A DNA stretch of 64,000 nucleotides from Candidatus Latescibacterota bacterium (GCA_965223905.1 CBDCXV010000002.1:480001-544000), one strand, 5' to 3'. Counted from the stretch's first letter, positions 46,452 through 57,416 are shown. A program made the numbers and translations. The notes: generated by a model from the sequence alone, not told the origin.

Positions 46452-46874
46452 GATTCCTTCTCCCCTCAATGCTCTGCGTGCGTGGTGGGCCCCTGGCTTG
46501 GGCTCCTCATGGCAGAATCCGGCGCCGGCCCCACTTGCACCAGTGTTCATCCGTAGCCCTGCTATGCCCGCGTGGAACCTATGAGTGCCGATGACGGCCT
46601 GTCAACTCTCAGCCTTGCTCGTTTCGTGCAAGGCTAGTCCTCTCGGGCTCCGTCCTCCCCTCGCCAGGGCCCGCGCTGCGGCCATGCCACAAAGACTTCC
46701 AGAGGTATTTGCCTAAGCAACTCTGATACACATGGGACCACCATGCAAGACTTGGGACATGCCCTTCGCCCAACGAATCCTGGTCCCGCACTCCCCGAAC
46801 CGTCACCGCTGATGAGCTGTACCCCTTCCTCGCCAGTCCTTTGCGTCCCTCTCACCCTCACCCGAAAACCACCA

Positions 46875-47150
46875 CCACCACCAGCTCCCGGATATATCCG
46901 ATCGCAAAAGCCTTCCAGGCAGGGGGTCGAACCCCGCCCAAAGGAAGGTGTTTGGTCCATTATGTACGGCCCGTTGAACCCGTTGGCCCGGAGACCTCAA
47001 TCGCCCACTGCATGTCCACCTCGCCCTCGTCGAAGAAGATTTGGGGGAACTGCTCCAGGGTGGAGCAGATCTGGGCAACTCCGGCCAGGGGCTCGGGGAA
47101 TCGGCGTGTCGTCGGGGTGCAGAGCTATCCGCACTCCCGCTTTCTGGCCG
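46875..47150 (-). pseudogene. uxuA: Mannonate dehydratase remnant (copy 2)
   Basis: 'KAGVRIALHPDD', 'FFDEGEVD', 'NGFNGPY', 'AFAIGYI'. Confidence 0.7.
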
Positions 47151-47196
47151 CGACGGGTGGTGATGAGGTCCGACGACGGTCTATGGTAGAACAATC

Positions 47197-47391
47197 TCAA
47201 ATGGCATCTGCCGGCACACCGCGCAACCCGTCCTCCCGGCGGTCCTCAAGGATGAGCGCTACGGCCTCAGCCAGATTCTCGCGTGCTTCCTCCTTGGTTT
47301 TGCCCTGACCGTTTGCCCCGGGGATCTCGGGGCAGTAGGCGATATGCCATTCCCCGTCCTGCTCGATAATCGCCGTAAACTCGTTTTTCAT
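47197..47391 (-). CDS. hicB: HicB antitoxin, second copy, 3'-truncated and without hicA
   Basis: Nearly identical to 42222-42437, including the upstream RBS. Confidence 0.85.
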   Translation of the reverse strand: MKNEFTAIIEQDGEWHIAYCPEIPGANGQGKTKEEARENLAEAVALILEDRREDGLRGVPADAI

Positions 47392-47409
47392 TGTGTGTTT
47401 CCACCCTCT

Positions 47410-47943
47410 TTAGTTTTGCCTATTGCCCTCGGACGGGGTAGGGGTTGGGCTGTTCTGGCGCAATGCGACTTTCACAGCCCCCCAACTGCGTGCCTGCACT
47501 CCCGTCGATATCCCTTCCACCTGTACATGGAAGTACGCCGGCTCGGATTCCACCGGCCCGTCATCGGTATTCTGCACCGTCGTGACCGCCCACAGAGTGT
47601 GCGTGTCGCTGTCCAGGGTAGCGACCACGACCCTGACGACAGGCTCCATAGGGCCGATGATGCCCCACGACACGAGGGCAGTCTTGGGAGAATCCAGCTC
47701 TACCAGGTTGCCCTGTTCATCGAGGCCCACAGTGACCGCTATCTCCCGGTAAATCCGGTATCCGTCCGCTCCCTCCACCGCATTCCAGGTCACGAGGATG
47801 AAGCCGCCCTGGTCGCCCTGGTTCTCCGGCGGGTTGTATGGCACTGCCACCACCGAGTCGGGCGGCGCAGGCAGGGCCAGACCCGCGTTCACGGACAGCA
47901 GCAGGGCAAGTATCGCCAGCGTCACTTTCTTCGCATGTCTCAT
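47410..47943 (-). CDS. Secreted Fn3-like protein with a C-terminal 'SWG.VK' tail
   Basis: Signal peptide 'MRHAKKVTLAILALLL..AGLA'; 'VTWNAV.GADGYRIYR'; 'TGVQARSWGAVK'. Confidence 0.7.
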   Translation of the reverse strand: MRHAKKVTLAILALLLSVNAGLALPAPPDSVVAVPYNPPENQGDQGGFILVTWNAVEGADGYRIYREIAVTVGLDEQGNLVELDSPKTALVSWGIIGPMEPVVRVVVATLDSDTHTLWAVTTVQNTDDGPVESEPAYFHVQVEGISTGVQARSWGAVKVALRQNSPTPTPSEGNRQN

Positions 47944-47982
47944 GGGTAGCCTCCTGACGTAAGGGATCTGTATTGAAGAAAC

Positions 47983-48020
47983 AGTTGACAATGGGCCTGT
48001 CAACTCTATTTTATAGAGAA
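47983..48020. promoter_or_regulatory. Divergent promoter region with inverted repeats
   Basis: AGTTGACA-N7-TGTCAACT (TTGACA on both strands) and CTCTA-N5-TAGAG. Confidence 0.55.
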
Positions 48021-48116
48021 CTCTGCACGAGTTGGGAAAACTCGGCAGCCTTACCAAATGGAAAGGGCCGCCGCCCCCTCGGCTCCCGGGACGGCAGCCG
48101 CGAAAGGAGACTCCCA

Positions 48117-48704
48117 ATGGAACCCAACGTGACGCAGAAGCTCGAAGAGGACGTGTCCTTCGTCCGCCAGGCGGTGGAGCAGCGGGATGAGGGACAGTAC
48201 CGCTACCTGGGGATCACCGTCCTGTGGGCGGTGATCATCGCCGCCGGGTACGCTCTCAACGATTTCGCCATGGAGTACGCCCCCGTGTACTGGATGGTCG
48301 CCCCGGCCGCAGGCTTCCTGGTCAGCCTCGGCCTGGGCACCCGGCAGGAGAGGAAGCGGGGACTCCGCAGGCCCGGTCTGGGCGCCAGGAATGCCCTGCA
48401 CTGGGGCTGCATCTTTTTCGGCGGAGTGGCGGTGATGTCCATCGCTTTCTCCCACCGGTTCGACGGCTGGGTAATCGGTCAGCTCTTCGCCCTTCTCTCC
48501 GGCGCCGTGCTCTTCCTGGGCGGTCTGCACCTCGACCGGCGCACCCTCTGGCCGGGGGTCCTGCTCATCTGCGGATCGGCCGCGGTCGACCACATCCCGG
48601 CCTGGCCTTGGACTATCGTCGGACTGGCCACGGCGGCCGCCCTGGTGGCCAGCGCCCTGTGGATGAAACCGAGGGATGATGAAGAAGCCGTCGCAACCGG
48701 CTGA
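48117..48704 (+). CDS. Six-TM membrane protein
   Basis: AAGGAG RBS; hydrophobic helices; coupled to the winged-helix gene. Confidence 0.75.
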   Translation: MEPNVTQKLEEDVSFVRQAVEQRDEGQYRYLGITVLWAVIIAAGYALNDFAMEYAPVYWMVAPAAGFLVSLGLGTRQERKRGLRRPGLGARNALHWGCIFFGGVAVMSIAFSHRFDGWVIGQLFALLSGAVLFLGGLHLDRRTLWPGVLLICGSAAVDHIPAWPWTIVGLATAAALVASALWMKPRDDEEAVATG

Positions 48705-49011
48705 GGTCACCTCCGGGGGCCTGGTTCGGCTGGACAAGCTGCTGGAACACCGCAGCCGCCTCGGCGCCTGCGTGCTGCTGGCCGACGTCGACGCCATGAC
48801 TTTCACCAGCCTGAAGCAGCTCCTCCAGGAGACAGACGGCAACCTGGGGGCGCACCTGCGCAAGCTGGAGGACGCCGGCTACCTCGGCGTGACCAAGCGC
48901 TTCGAGAACCGCAGGCCGGTGACCTGGTACCGCCTCACCAAAAAAGGCGCCAAGGCCCTGCAGACTCACCTCGAGGCCCTGCAGACGGTGATCGCCGGCG
49001 CCAGGCTCTGA
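48676..49011 (+). CDS. Winged-helix transcriptional regulator (HTH_34)
   Basis: 'RL....LL....F..LK..L..TDGNL..HLRKLE.AGY....K.F..RRP.T.Y.LT..G'. Confidence 0.88.
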   Translation: MMKKPSQPAEVTSGGLVRLDKLLEHRSRLGACVLLADVDAMTFTSLKQLLQETDGNLGAHLRKLEDAGYLGVTKRFENRRPVTWYRLTKKGAKALQTHLEALQTVIAGARL

Positions 49012-49012
49012 G

Positions 49013-51229
49013 ATGCGCGCGCGAGTGCTGGCTCTCCTTTTCGGCGCCTGTTTCTCCTTGCCGGCCCTGGCGCAGAGCAGGGCTTTGGTCCAGGGACAGG
49101 TCGTCGACGAATCACAGCAGCCGATGGCCTTCGTCAACGTGCAGATCGTCGACACCACCGACGGCGCCATAACGGGCCGCGACGGCCGTTTCGCCTTTTC
49201 CACCCGGCACCTCGGACGGCGCGGCCTGGCCGCCACCTTCATCGGCTTCGAACCGGCCCGGCAGACCCTGCACCTGGCCGCGGGCGATACCGCGACGGTT
49301 CGCCTGGTGCTGCGGCAAGCCCTCATCGAGCTCGGCGAAACCGTCGTCACGGCCAGCACCTACACCACCGGGGAGGACGAGGCCGTCACCCTTTCCCCGC
49401 TCGATGTGGTCACGACGCCGGGGGCTTCCGCCGACATCTTCCGCGCCTTCAAGACCTTCCCCGGCGTGGCCACCGTGGATGACGGCGCCGGTCTTTTCGT
49501 CCGCGGCGGCGACGTGAGCGAGACCGTCGTTCTGCTCGACCAGGCCACGGTGGTCCATCCCTACCGGTACGAATCCCCTACCGGCGGGGTGTTCGGCACG
49601 ATCCCTCCGTTCATGGTCAAGGGCACGGCCTTTTCCACGGGTGGATTCTCCGCCCGCTACGGCAACGCGCTTTCCGCGGTGCTGGCGATGGAGAGCCTGG
49701 ACATGCCGGTGCAACGGAGCTATACGCTCGGTCTGGGCCTTGCCGCCGGCTCCGTGGGACTCGACCTGCCCCTTGTCGAGGACAAGCTCGGCCTGCGCTT
49801 CACGGGGAATCTCAGCCTTACCGATCTCATGTTCCGCGTCAACGGCCACCGCGACGGATTCGTCGTCACTCCGCGGGGGCGCGACGGCAACCTCAACCTG
49901 GTCTACCAGTACTCGCCGACCGGACGCCTCAAGCTCTTCAGCTTCAACGGGGGGGACGAGATCGGCGTGCGCGTGGCCGAGCCTTCGTTCGACGGCCATT
50001 ACCGGGGCCGCAGCGACAACTCACTGCACAATCTCCAGTGGACGGATGTATGGGCGGACTGGTCCATCCGCACCAGCGCCTCGCTCAACCGGCACTCCGC
50101 CCGGCGGCAACTGGGCAACCTCGACCTGACCCCCAGCGACCTGACCGGCAAGATTCGCACGGACTGGGAACGCTTCCTCGGTGCATTCGGCATCCTGCGC
50201 CTCGGGACCGAAGTGGAGCACGCCGGCAACCGCTTCGTGGGCAGCATCCCCCAGGGGGACATCCTCGACCCGGAGGCAGAGGTGTTCGAGCTCGACGCTT
50301 CCTACAGCGCGCGGCGTACCGGCGCTTGGTTCGAGGTCGATTTCAAACCAGGGCGCCGCATCGTCGCCAATGCCGGTATGCGCGCCGACCGCCACAGCCT
50401 GGGCCGCGGTCTGGTCGTGGACCCGCGCCTGTCGGCGCGATACCAGTTCTCGCAAGACACGAACGCCCGGCTCGCCTGGGGCATCTACCACCAGTTCCCC
50501 GCCCCGTTCGCATACAACCCCACCAGCGGCAACCCGAATCTGGGACCCCAGCGCGCCCAACACTGGATCGGCGGCCTGCACCACGAACGCGGGCGGTTCC
50601 TGGTGCGGCTGGAGGGGTACTACAAACCCTACCGCAATCTGGTGCTGGATGACCCCGTCCTGAACCTTGCAAATACAGGTAGCGGGAGGGCCTCCGGTGT
50701 CGACCTCTTCTGCAAGTACGGCGCCTTTCTCGACACGCGCTTCAGCGGCTGGATGGCCTACAGTCTGCTGCGCTCGCGCCGGATGCAGGTGCGCCACCTG
50801 GGGTTTGAGACGCTGCGCGAAGAAGCTCCTTCACCGTTCGATATCACCCACAATCTGACTTGGGTCGCGAAAATGCGGATCGTCCGCACCTTGAGCGGCG
50901 GCCTGACCCTGAGATACGCCAGCGGCCGTCCCATCACCCCGGTCGTCGATGCCGTCCCCGTGGCGGGCAGAGGCTACTACCTGCCGGTGGAAGGACCGGT
51001 CGGCTCGGAACGGCTGCCCTCCTTTCAACAGATGGATGGGCAGTTGAGCTATCTGCTGTTCTTCGGCTCCGGGCACCGGGCGGTCTTCTACTTCGCTGTC
51101 AACAACCTGCTCAACCGCGCCAACGTGCTCGACTACGATTACAGCATCGACTATACCCGGCGCCGGCCGCGCATCTCTCTCTTTCGCCGGTCCGTTTACT
51201 TCGGCACCACCGTCTCCCTGAACTACTGA
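49013..51229 (+). CDS. TonB-dependent receptor with an N-terminal carboxypeptidase-regulatory-like domain
   Basis: 'G.VVD...QP..FVNV', plug 'LFVRGG', 'GGFSARYG', 'NNLLNR.N'; aromatic C-terminus. Confidence 0.9.
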   Translation: MRARVLALLFGACFSLPALAQSRALVQGQVVDESQQPMAFVNVQIVDTTDGAITGRDGRFAFSTRHLGRRGLAATFIGFEPARQTLHLAAGDTATVRLVLRQALIELGETVVTASTYTTGEDEAVTLSPLDVVTTPGASADIFRAFKTFPGVATVDDGAGLFVRGGDVSETVVLLDQATVVHPYRYESPTGGVFGTIPPFMVKGTAFSTGGFSARYGNALSAVLAMESLDMPVQRSYTLGLGLAAGSVGLDLPLVEDKLGLRFTGNLSLTDLMFRVNGHRDGFVVTPRGRDGNLNLVYQYSPTGRLKLFSFNGGDEIGVRVAEPSFDGHYRGRSDNSLHNLQWTDVWADWSIRTSASLNRHSARRQLGNLDLTPSDLTGKIRTDWERFLGAFGILRLGTEVEHAGNRFVGSIPQGDILDPEAEVFELDASYSARRTGAWFEVDFKPGRRIVANAGMRADRHSLGRGLVVDPRLSARYQFSQDTNARLAWGIYHQFPAPFAYNPTSGNPNLGPQRAQHWIGGLHHERGRFLVRLEGYYKPYRNLVLDDPVLNLANTGSGRASGVDLFCKYGAFLDTRFSGWMAYSLLRSRRMQVRHLGFETLREEAPSPFDITHNLTWVAKMRIVRTLSGGLTLRYASGRPITPVVDAVPVAGRGYYLPVEGPVGSERLPSFQQMDGQLSYLLFFGSGHRAVFYFAVNNLLNRANVLDYDYSIDYTRRRPRISLFRRSVYFGTTVSLNY

Positions 51230-51256
51230 TCTTCATCTTCACCAAAGAGGCCAACT

Positions 51257-52027
51257 ATGAAACGCTTTCCGCTCTCCCTCGCTTTCATGCTCTCGATCGC
51301 CTGTCCCGCCTTCACCCAATCGGCGGATTCTCTTCTCGTCAGTGGAAGACGGATGCTGCATGCCGGAGAAAACCAGGGGTCCCTCGATGCGATGTACGCG
51401 GCCCGGGCGACGTTCGAGCGCGCCCTGGCCGATACCAGCCTGGCCGCGTGGGCGCACTACTACATCGCCCTGGCCGATTTCCGCATCGTCAACCTTCTGT
51501 TGGGCGCCGGCGAGAAAAACAAGGACGCCGCATCCGAACATCTCGATAGCGCGGTGGGGCATCTGAAGGAAGCGACCCGGATCGATCCGGAGGCGGCGGA
51601 AGCCTATGCCCTGCTTTCAAGCGCGTACGGCCGCCAGATCGGCCTGAGTCCTGTCAAAGGCATGTTCATCGGACCCAAGGCCGGGAAGGCCATCAAGAAG
51701 GCCATGGAGCTCGCCCCCGACAATCCGCGCGTGGTGCTGAGCGCGGCCATCGGCGATTTCAACACTCCCAGGATGTTCGGAGGCAACAAGGAAAGTGCCA
51801 TGCAGGGATTTCAGCGGGCCGCGGAGCTCTTTGCCCTGGAAAAGCCTGCCGAACCCGTCGAGCCTGTATGGGGGCACAGCGAAGCCTACGCCTGGCTCGG
51901 CCTCGCCTATATGGACAGGGACGAAAGGGAGCCGGCGGGAATGGCCTTTGAGAAAGCGCTCGAGATCGATCCGGATTTCGGGTGGGTGAAGTACGTGCTG
52001 CTGCCGGAATTGGAAGAGGAGAATTAG
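51257..52027 (+). CDS. Exported TPR protein
   Basis: Signal peptide; 'A.ELAPDNPR', 'FEKALEIDPDF'. Confidence 0.8.
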   Translation: MKRFPLSLAFMLSIACPAFTQSADSLLVSGRRMLHAGENQGSLDAMYAARATFERALADTSLAAWAHYYIALADFRIVNLLLGAGEKNKDAASEHLDSAVGHLKEATRIDPEAAEAYALLSSAYGRQIGLSPVKGMFIGPKAGKAIKKAMELAPDNPRVVLSAAIGDFNTPRMFGGNKESAMQGFQRAAELFALEKPAEPVEPVWGHSEAYAWLGLAYMDRDEREPAGMAFEKALEIDPDFGWVKYVLLPELEEEN

Positions 52028-52239
52028 CGGCAGGTCTCGGTCCGGACTTCGGGACGGTCGTGGGCAAGCCAGGTTGGCCGGAAGGCCAGGGCGCGACCAG
52101 CCCCGTAGCGCGAACCGTGCTGTTACATGACGTGATTCATCATGTCAGTCTGGCGAGCAATCGTCGATTCCGCATTCCCTGAAGCCACCTGGCAAATATG
52201 CAGTCTTCCATGGTGCCTCCTGGTCAGTGGTGGTGGGGG

Positions 52240-52890
52240 TTACCGCTTGTAGTAGTGCCTGATCTTCGGGTCGCGGAACCGAACGACAGAGTCGTTACCC
52301 CAAACAGCCAGGCCAGCGGCACCGCGCGGCACCCCCGGCAGTGTCAACCGATTGATCAGAACACCGTCGACGTAGCTCGTCACCGAGTGATCCCGGACCT
52401 TGAGGACAAGGTCATATTCCCGACCAGGCTCCATAACGAAGTCGACGACATCGAGTTTGACGTCCTCACGAGTCTCCTCGTTCCGACGGACAATGACCAT
52501 GGTCTTCCAACCGGTCAGATAGGTCAGGAAGTGCGAGGAAATCCCGTCGTCCGAGATTCCGAACACGAGCTGCGGACCGGCCCATCCCTTCTCTATGGTG
52601 GCCTGTACCTTGAATTCATAGGCAGCCCACGTCTCATCTCCCTGGACGAGCCGCCCGCGGCTGGCCTGTCCTGTGTCGGCGATGATTGCGTCACCCTCGC
52701 GGCGCCATACGGAAGGGGTAAAAGGACCTTCACTGGCGTGCCATCCAAAGAGGCCCTGACCGTCTATCATGGACTCCCACGGCTTGCCGATATCGGCGCG
52801 GCCGTAGTCGTTCTCGAAAGAAGGAGACTCGCCAGTGGCACTCATGGCAGTAAGCAGGCCGACGGAAATTGCATGGTGAATGCGCTCCAT
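52240..52890 (-). CDS. DUF1080-like protein
   Basis: 'GL.GW', 'WRREG.AI', 'TW..YE', 'SYVDG', 'VRFRD'; similar to the C-domain of the sigma factor at 2182. Confidence 0.7.
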   Translation of the reverse strand: MERIHHAISVGLLTAMSATGESPSFENDYGRADIGKPWESMIDGQGLFGWHASEGPFTPSVWRREGDAIIADTGQASRGRLVQGDETWAAYEFKVQATIEKGWAGPQLVFGISDDGISSHFLTYLTGWKTMVIVRRNEETREDVKLDVVDFVMEPGREYDLVLKVRDHSVTSYVDGVLINRLTLPGVPRGAAGLAVWGNDSVVRFRDPKIRHYYKR

Positions 52891-52900
52891 TGGAATGGTC

Positions 52901-53545
52901 TCAGGAATCGGCGCCGAACCGGAACGGCGGGTACCTGTCGGTGGTGAGCAGGAAGGCGTAGGTCCCGACCCTCAGGCCCCAGCGCAGCGTCCCCTCCACG
53001 AACAGGAACAGCTCCCTCGGGTAGCGGCCGGCGATCAGGATCGCGAACCAGGCGATGACGGTCACGGCCACCGCCAGACTCCCTACGACCGCCAGGGCGA
53101 TGTAGTGCGGAATCGCCAGGATCCACTTGACCAGGGGCAGGAACCGGCTCAGCTCGCCTTCCACGTCGGGGTACGGGATGTCGAGGTGGACCCCCTGCGG
53201 TTCGTCGGTGGACGGGTAGTCGTCCCGGAGCAGCATCAGGTAGGCCGTTACCCTGGTCGCGAAGCGAGCCAGCTCCAGGTTCCAGTCGAACCACCAGCGC
53301 GGGTACTTCCGGCGGATCAGGACCATCAGCATCGGGGCAAGCCACAACACCCCACCCGTCAAGAGCGGAGCCGTCCACTCGTAGTCGGTCGCGTCGTCCG
53401 CGGGGACGGAGCCGCTCACCAGACCGAGAAGGATGAGGATCGGGATCGCCAGGACGATCCGGAAGAAGGCCGTGAGTCTGCGGCTGGACCCGGGGTAGTC
53501 GATCGAGAACTCAACGGGGTACGGGGCGGGTTGTTCCGGCGTCAT
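52901..53545 (-). CDS. DUF4389 membrane protein
   Basis: Two repeats, 'LAIP...KYPR...RV.AY..LL.D.YP'. Confidence 0.85.
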   Translation of the reverse strand: MTPEQPAPYPVEFSIDYPGSSRRLTAFFRIVLAIPILILLGLVSGSVPADDATDYEWTAPLLTGGVLWLAPMLMVLIRRKYPRWWFDWNLELARFATRVTAYLMLLRDDYPSTDEPQGVHLDIPYPDVEGELSRFLPLVKWILAIPHYIALAVVGSLAVAVTVIAWFAILIAGRYPRELFLFVEGTLRWGLRVGTYAFLLTTDRYPPFRFGADS

Positions 53546-53675
53546 CGGTTTTCTCCGTGTCGGAAGAGGGATCTCACGGGTGTGCGGCGGCAGGCACCAG
53601 CGCAGAATTGCGGTGTCAGGCGTTGCGCCGTGCTGTTCGTGAATGGTAGGATATTGGCTGCACACAAAACAGCGC

Positions 53676-55415
53676 ATGAGCCTGAATCCCTTCAAACCGT
53701 TCGCCTCCTACCTCCGCCCCTACCGCTGGGCCCTGGCCGCCGGCCTGGCCTTTCTGCTGGGGGAACAGTTCGTTTCCGTCTCCATTCCCTTCGTCCTCGA
53801 ACGCGCCATCACCCGGGCCAGCCTCGATCAGGCGGCACCGGACCTGACCTTCCTGACACACTACGCCGCCCTCATCGTCGGCCTCGGTCTGGCGCAGTGG
53901 GGCATGGCTTTCGGCATGCGCTGGCACCTGGCCGCCACCTCCTACCGCGTCGAGCGCGACATACGGCAGCGCTACTTCGACCACCTTCTCACCTTGCCCC
54001 TGGGCTATTTCCAGCAGGCCCGCACCGGGGATCTTATGGCCCGGGCGACCAACGACGTCGAAGCCGTGCAGCGCTACCTCAGCCACGGCTTCCGCATGTT
54101 CCTGAGCGCCCTGCTCGGCTTCGGCTTCAGCATGGCAGCCATGTGTTATTTCGACTGGGAGCTGGCCCTCTACGCCCTGTTGCCCATGCCCGTAATGACG
54201 GTGATCCTGCGCCTGGTGGGCGGCAAGGTGCGCTGGCGCTACCGCAGGGTCCAGGAGCAGTTCGCCGCCATCAGCACCTGCCTGCAGGAGAACCTGTCGG
54301 GCGTGCGCGTGGTCAAGGCGTTTGCCCGCGGCCGCGGCGAGATCGACCGCTTCACCCGGCTCAACGACGAGTACGTCGAGCGCAACCGCCGCCTGATCTA
54401 CCTCTACAGCACGTTCTTCCCCTTCACCTTCCTCATCAGCGGCCTGTCCATGGTGTTCATCCTGTGGCTGGGCGGCATCCGCGTCGTCGAAGGCACGCTC
54501 ACCCTGGGGGCCTTCGTCGCCTTCAACGCCTACCTGATCCGCATCAGCCGCCCGATGATGATGATGGGCCGCATCGTCGACGAGTACCAGCGCGCCATGG
54601 CTTCGATGATGCGCATCGAGTCGGTGTTCCAGGAAAAGCCCCAGCCCGATCATCACCGGGACGACGGCCTGGCGATCAGAGGGGAAATCGAGTTCCGCGG
54701 CGCCTTCTTTGCGTACGACGGCCAACCGGTGCTGCGCGACATCGACGTTCACATTCCGGCAGGCAGCACCCTGGCCATCGTCGGCCGCGTCGGCTCGGGC
54801 AAGAGCACGCTGGCCCGGCTCATCCCCCGCCTCATCCAGGCCGGCGAGGGTCAGATTCTCATCGACGGCAAACCGATCGAACAGATGCCGCTGCGCGCCT
54901 TCCGCGACGCCATCGGCTACGTGCCGCAGGACACCTTCCTGTTCTCCGAGAGCATCCGCGACAACATCGCCCTCGACTCGGCGGCCGCGGACGAGGTGGA
55001 ACGCGCCATCGAGGTGGCCCAACTGACCGCGGACCTCGACACCTTTCCCCAGGGGCTGGAGACCGTCGTCGGCGAGCGCGGCGTCACCCTGTCGGGCGGC
55101 CAGAAGCAGCGCACCGCCCTGGCCCGTTCGGTCGTGCGGAAACCGAAGATTCTCATCCTCGACGACGCCCTGGCCAGCGTCGATACCCGCACCGAAGAGC
55201 AGATCCTCGAGCGCCTGCGCGGCGTCATGGCCGCGCGCACCACCATCCTCATCGCCCACCGCGTCTCCACCGTCATGGCCGCCGATCACATCATCGTGCT
55301 CGAGGAGGGGCGCATCGTCGAAGAGGGCACCCACGACCGATTGCTCGCGCGCGACGGCCACTACGCGGAGATGTACCGCCGCCAGCACCTCACCGAGGAA
55401 CTGGGCGACCTCTGA
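53676..55415 (+). CDS. ABC transporter ATP-binding/permease (heterodimer subunit 1)
   Basis: TMD, 'GRVGSGKS', 'LSGGQKQR', 'ILDD'. Confidence 0.93.
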   Translation: MSLNPFKPFASYLRPYRWALAAGLAFLLGEQFVSVSIPFVLERAITRASLDQAAPDLTFLTHYAALIVGLGLAQWGMAFGMRWHLAATSYRVERDIRQRYFDHLLTLPLGYFQQARTGDLMARATNDVEAVQRYLSHGFRMFLSALLGFGFSMAAMCYFDWELALYALLPMPVMTVILRLVGGKVRWRYRRVQEQFAAISTCLQENLSGVRVVKAFARGRGEIDRFTRLNDEYVERNRRLIYLYSTFFPFTFLISGLSMVFILWLGGIRVVEGTLTLGAFVAFNAYLIRISRPMMMMGRIVDEYQRAMASMMRIESVFQEKPQPDHHRDDGLAIRGEIEFRGAFFAYDGQPVLRDIDVHIPAGSTLAIVGRVGSGKSTLARLIPRLIQAGEGQILIDGKPIEQMPLRAFRDAIGYVPQDTFLFSESIRDNIALDSAAADEVERAIEVAQLTADLDTFPQGLETVVGERGVTLSGGQKQRTALARSVVRKPKILILDDALASVDTRTEEQILERLRGVMAARTTILIAHRVSTVMAADHIIVLEEGRIVEEGTHDRLLARDGHYAEMYRRQHLTEELGDL

Positions 55416-57193
55416 TGCCGCCGGCCCTCCGCGACGAGCGGGAAATCGACCAGAAGTCCATCGACCTCCGCCTGGTGGCCAGGCTTCTCGGTTTCCTGCG
55501 GCCGTATCTGCCCTGGGCGGTCTCGACCTTGCTGCTCATCCTCGCCGCCTCGCTGGCCCGCCAGGCCGGTCCCGTGCTGACCAAGATTGCCGTCGACGAG
55601 CACATCGTGCCGGGCAACCTGGACGGCCTGGGCACCCTCGTCCTTCTCTTCGCCGGGCTGCTGGTAGCTCAGTTCGCCATCGGCTACGCCCAGAGCTGGA
55701 TCACCAGCATGGTGGGCCAGTGGACGATGCGCGACGTGCGCCTGAACATCTTCGCCTGCCTGCAGCGCCTGCCGCTCAAGTTCTTCGACCGCACCCCCAT
55801 CGGCCGGCTGATGGCGCGCAATACCAGCGACGTCGACGCGCTCAACGAGTTCTTCACCTACGGCGCCGTCTCCCTGGTGACCGAAACCGTCACCGTCGGC
55901 TCCATCCTGTTCTTCATCTTCTTCTACCTCGATTTCGAGCTGGGCCTGATCACCTGCGCCTTTCTGCCGGTGGCCTTCGGCGCCACCCTGTGGCTGCAGA
56001 ACCGCACCTTCCAGGCCTTCCGCCAGGCCCGCACCCGCTTTGCCCGCTTCAGCGCCGACCTGCAGGAAACCCTGTCCGGTATCGAGGTGGTCAAGCTGTT
56101 CAACTGCGAGCCGCGCAGCGCCCGCCGCTTTCACCAGGGCACCGACGAATACCTCGACGCCCGCCTGGTGCGCACCCGCTACCACTCGGCCTACTTCCCC
56201 TTCATGGAAATGTGCGGCTCCGCCCTGATAGCGCTGGTGCTGTGGTACGGCGTCGGCCAGGTGCTGCGCGAGGAAATCGCCTGGGGCGTTCTGGTGGCGA
56301 TGCTGCAATACGTGCCCCGCTTCTTCATGCCCATCCGCAACCTCGCCGAGGAGTACGCCACCGTGCAGGTGGCCATGGCCTCCTCCGAGCGCATCTTCGA
56401 GCTGATGGATGCCGAGCCGGAGCCGGCCGGCGGTCCCGTGTCCCGGGAGCGCATCGACGGCGCCATCGAGTTCCGCGGGGTGTGGTTCGCCTACGAAGGG
56501 GAAGAGTGGGTCCTGCGCGACGTTTCCTTCCGCGCCGAGCCGGGGCAGAGCCTGGCGCTGGTGGGGGCAACCGGCTCGGGCAAGACCACCATCGTCAGCC
56601 TGCTGTGCCGCTTTTACGAGATTCAGCGGGGGCAGATCCTGGTCGACGGCATCGACGTCCGCGAGTGGAATGTGGAAGCGCTCAGGCGCCGCTTCGGCCT
56701 GGTGCAGCAGGACGTCTTTCTGTTTGCCGGCGACATTGCCGGCAACATCCGTTTCGGTGCCCCCGGGCTGTCGGACGAGGCGGTCGCGCAGGCGGCCCGC
56801 TACGTCAACGCCGACCGCTTCATCGACCGCCTGCCCAACACCTACCGTCACGACGTGCAGGAGCGCGGCGCCGCCCTGTCCGGGGGGCAGCGCCAGCTCC
56901 TGTCCTTTGCCCGCGCCCTGGCCGCCGACCCGGACATCCTGGTGCTCGACGAAGCCACCGCCCACATCGACACCGAGACCGAGGGCTGGATCCAGGAGGC
57001 CGTGGAAAAACTGATGCGCGACCGCACCTCCATCGTCATCGCCCACCGCCTGTCCACCATCCGCAGCGCCGACAAGATCCTCGTGCTGCACCGGGGCCGG
57101 TTGCGCGAAGAGGGCCGCCACGAAGAGCTTCTGGCCCGGGACGGCATCTACGCCCGCCTGCATCAGTTGCAGTACAACGAGGCCCTCATCTAG
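55415..57193 (+). CDS. ABC transporter ATP-binding/permease (heterodimer subunit 2)
   Basis: TGATG overlap; 'GATGSGKT', 'LSGGQRQL', 'LDEAT'. Confidence 0.93.
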   Translation: MPPALRDEREIDQKSIDLRLVARLLGFLRPYLPWAVSTLLLILAASLARQAGPVLTKIAVDEHIVPGNLDGLGTLVLLFAGLLVAQFAIGYAQSWITSMVGQWTMRDVRLNIFACLQRLPLKFFDRTPIGRLMARNTSDVDALNEFFTYGAVSLVTETVTVGSILFFIFFYLDFELGLITCAFLPVAFGATLWLQNRTFQAFRQARTRFARFSADLQETLSGIEVVKLFNCEPRSARRFHQGTDEYLDARLVRTRYHSAYFPFMEMCGSALIALVLWYGVGQVLREEIAWGVLVAMLQYVPRFFMPIRNLAEEYATVQVAMASSERIFELMDAEPEPAGGPVSRERIDGAIEFRGVWFAYEGEEWVLRDVSFRAEPGQSLALVGATGSGKTTIVSLLCRFYEIQRGQILVDGIDVREWNVEALRRRFGLVQQDVFLFAGDIAGNIRFGAPGLSDEAVAQAARYVNADRFIDRLPNTYRHDVQERGAALSGGQRQLLSFARALAADPDILVLDEATAHIDTETEGWIQEAVEKLMRDRTSIVIAHRLSTIRSADKILVLHRGRLREEGRHEELLARDGIYARLHQLQYNEALI

Positions 57194-57416
57194 CGAGCAC
57201 AACCAGCCAGTAACCAGATCAGGGAAATCAACGCGAAGGCCGAGCCCGCCTGCTCCGGGCATCCGACGGGCCTGGTCGTTACCACATGGTGAACGCCCCA
57301 TCCAGTGGCCTGAGCCGCCCATTGATTCCAGGGCAGGCAGCTGTATGGAAGCCGCGGCGAAACCGGCTTTCGGCCTTCGCACCGCTGAGCTTTCCCCTCA
57401 CAGAAAGGACTTTTTC

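Noticed and set aside
52880-55414. 1437-aa ORF suggesting a giant ABC fusion
   Set aside because: Only 55415-57193 is real; the upstream part overlaps DUF4389 antisense and ABC subunit 1 out of frame
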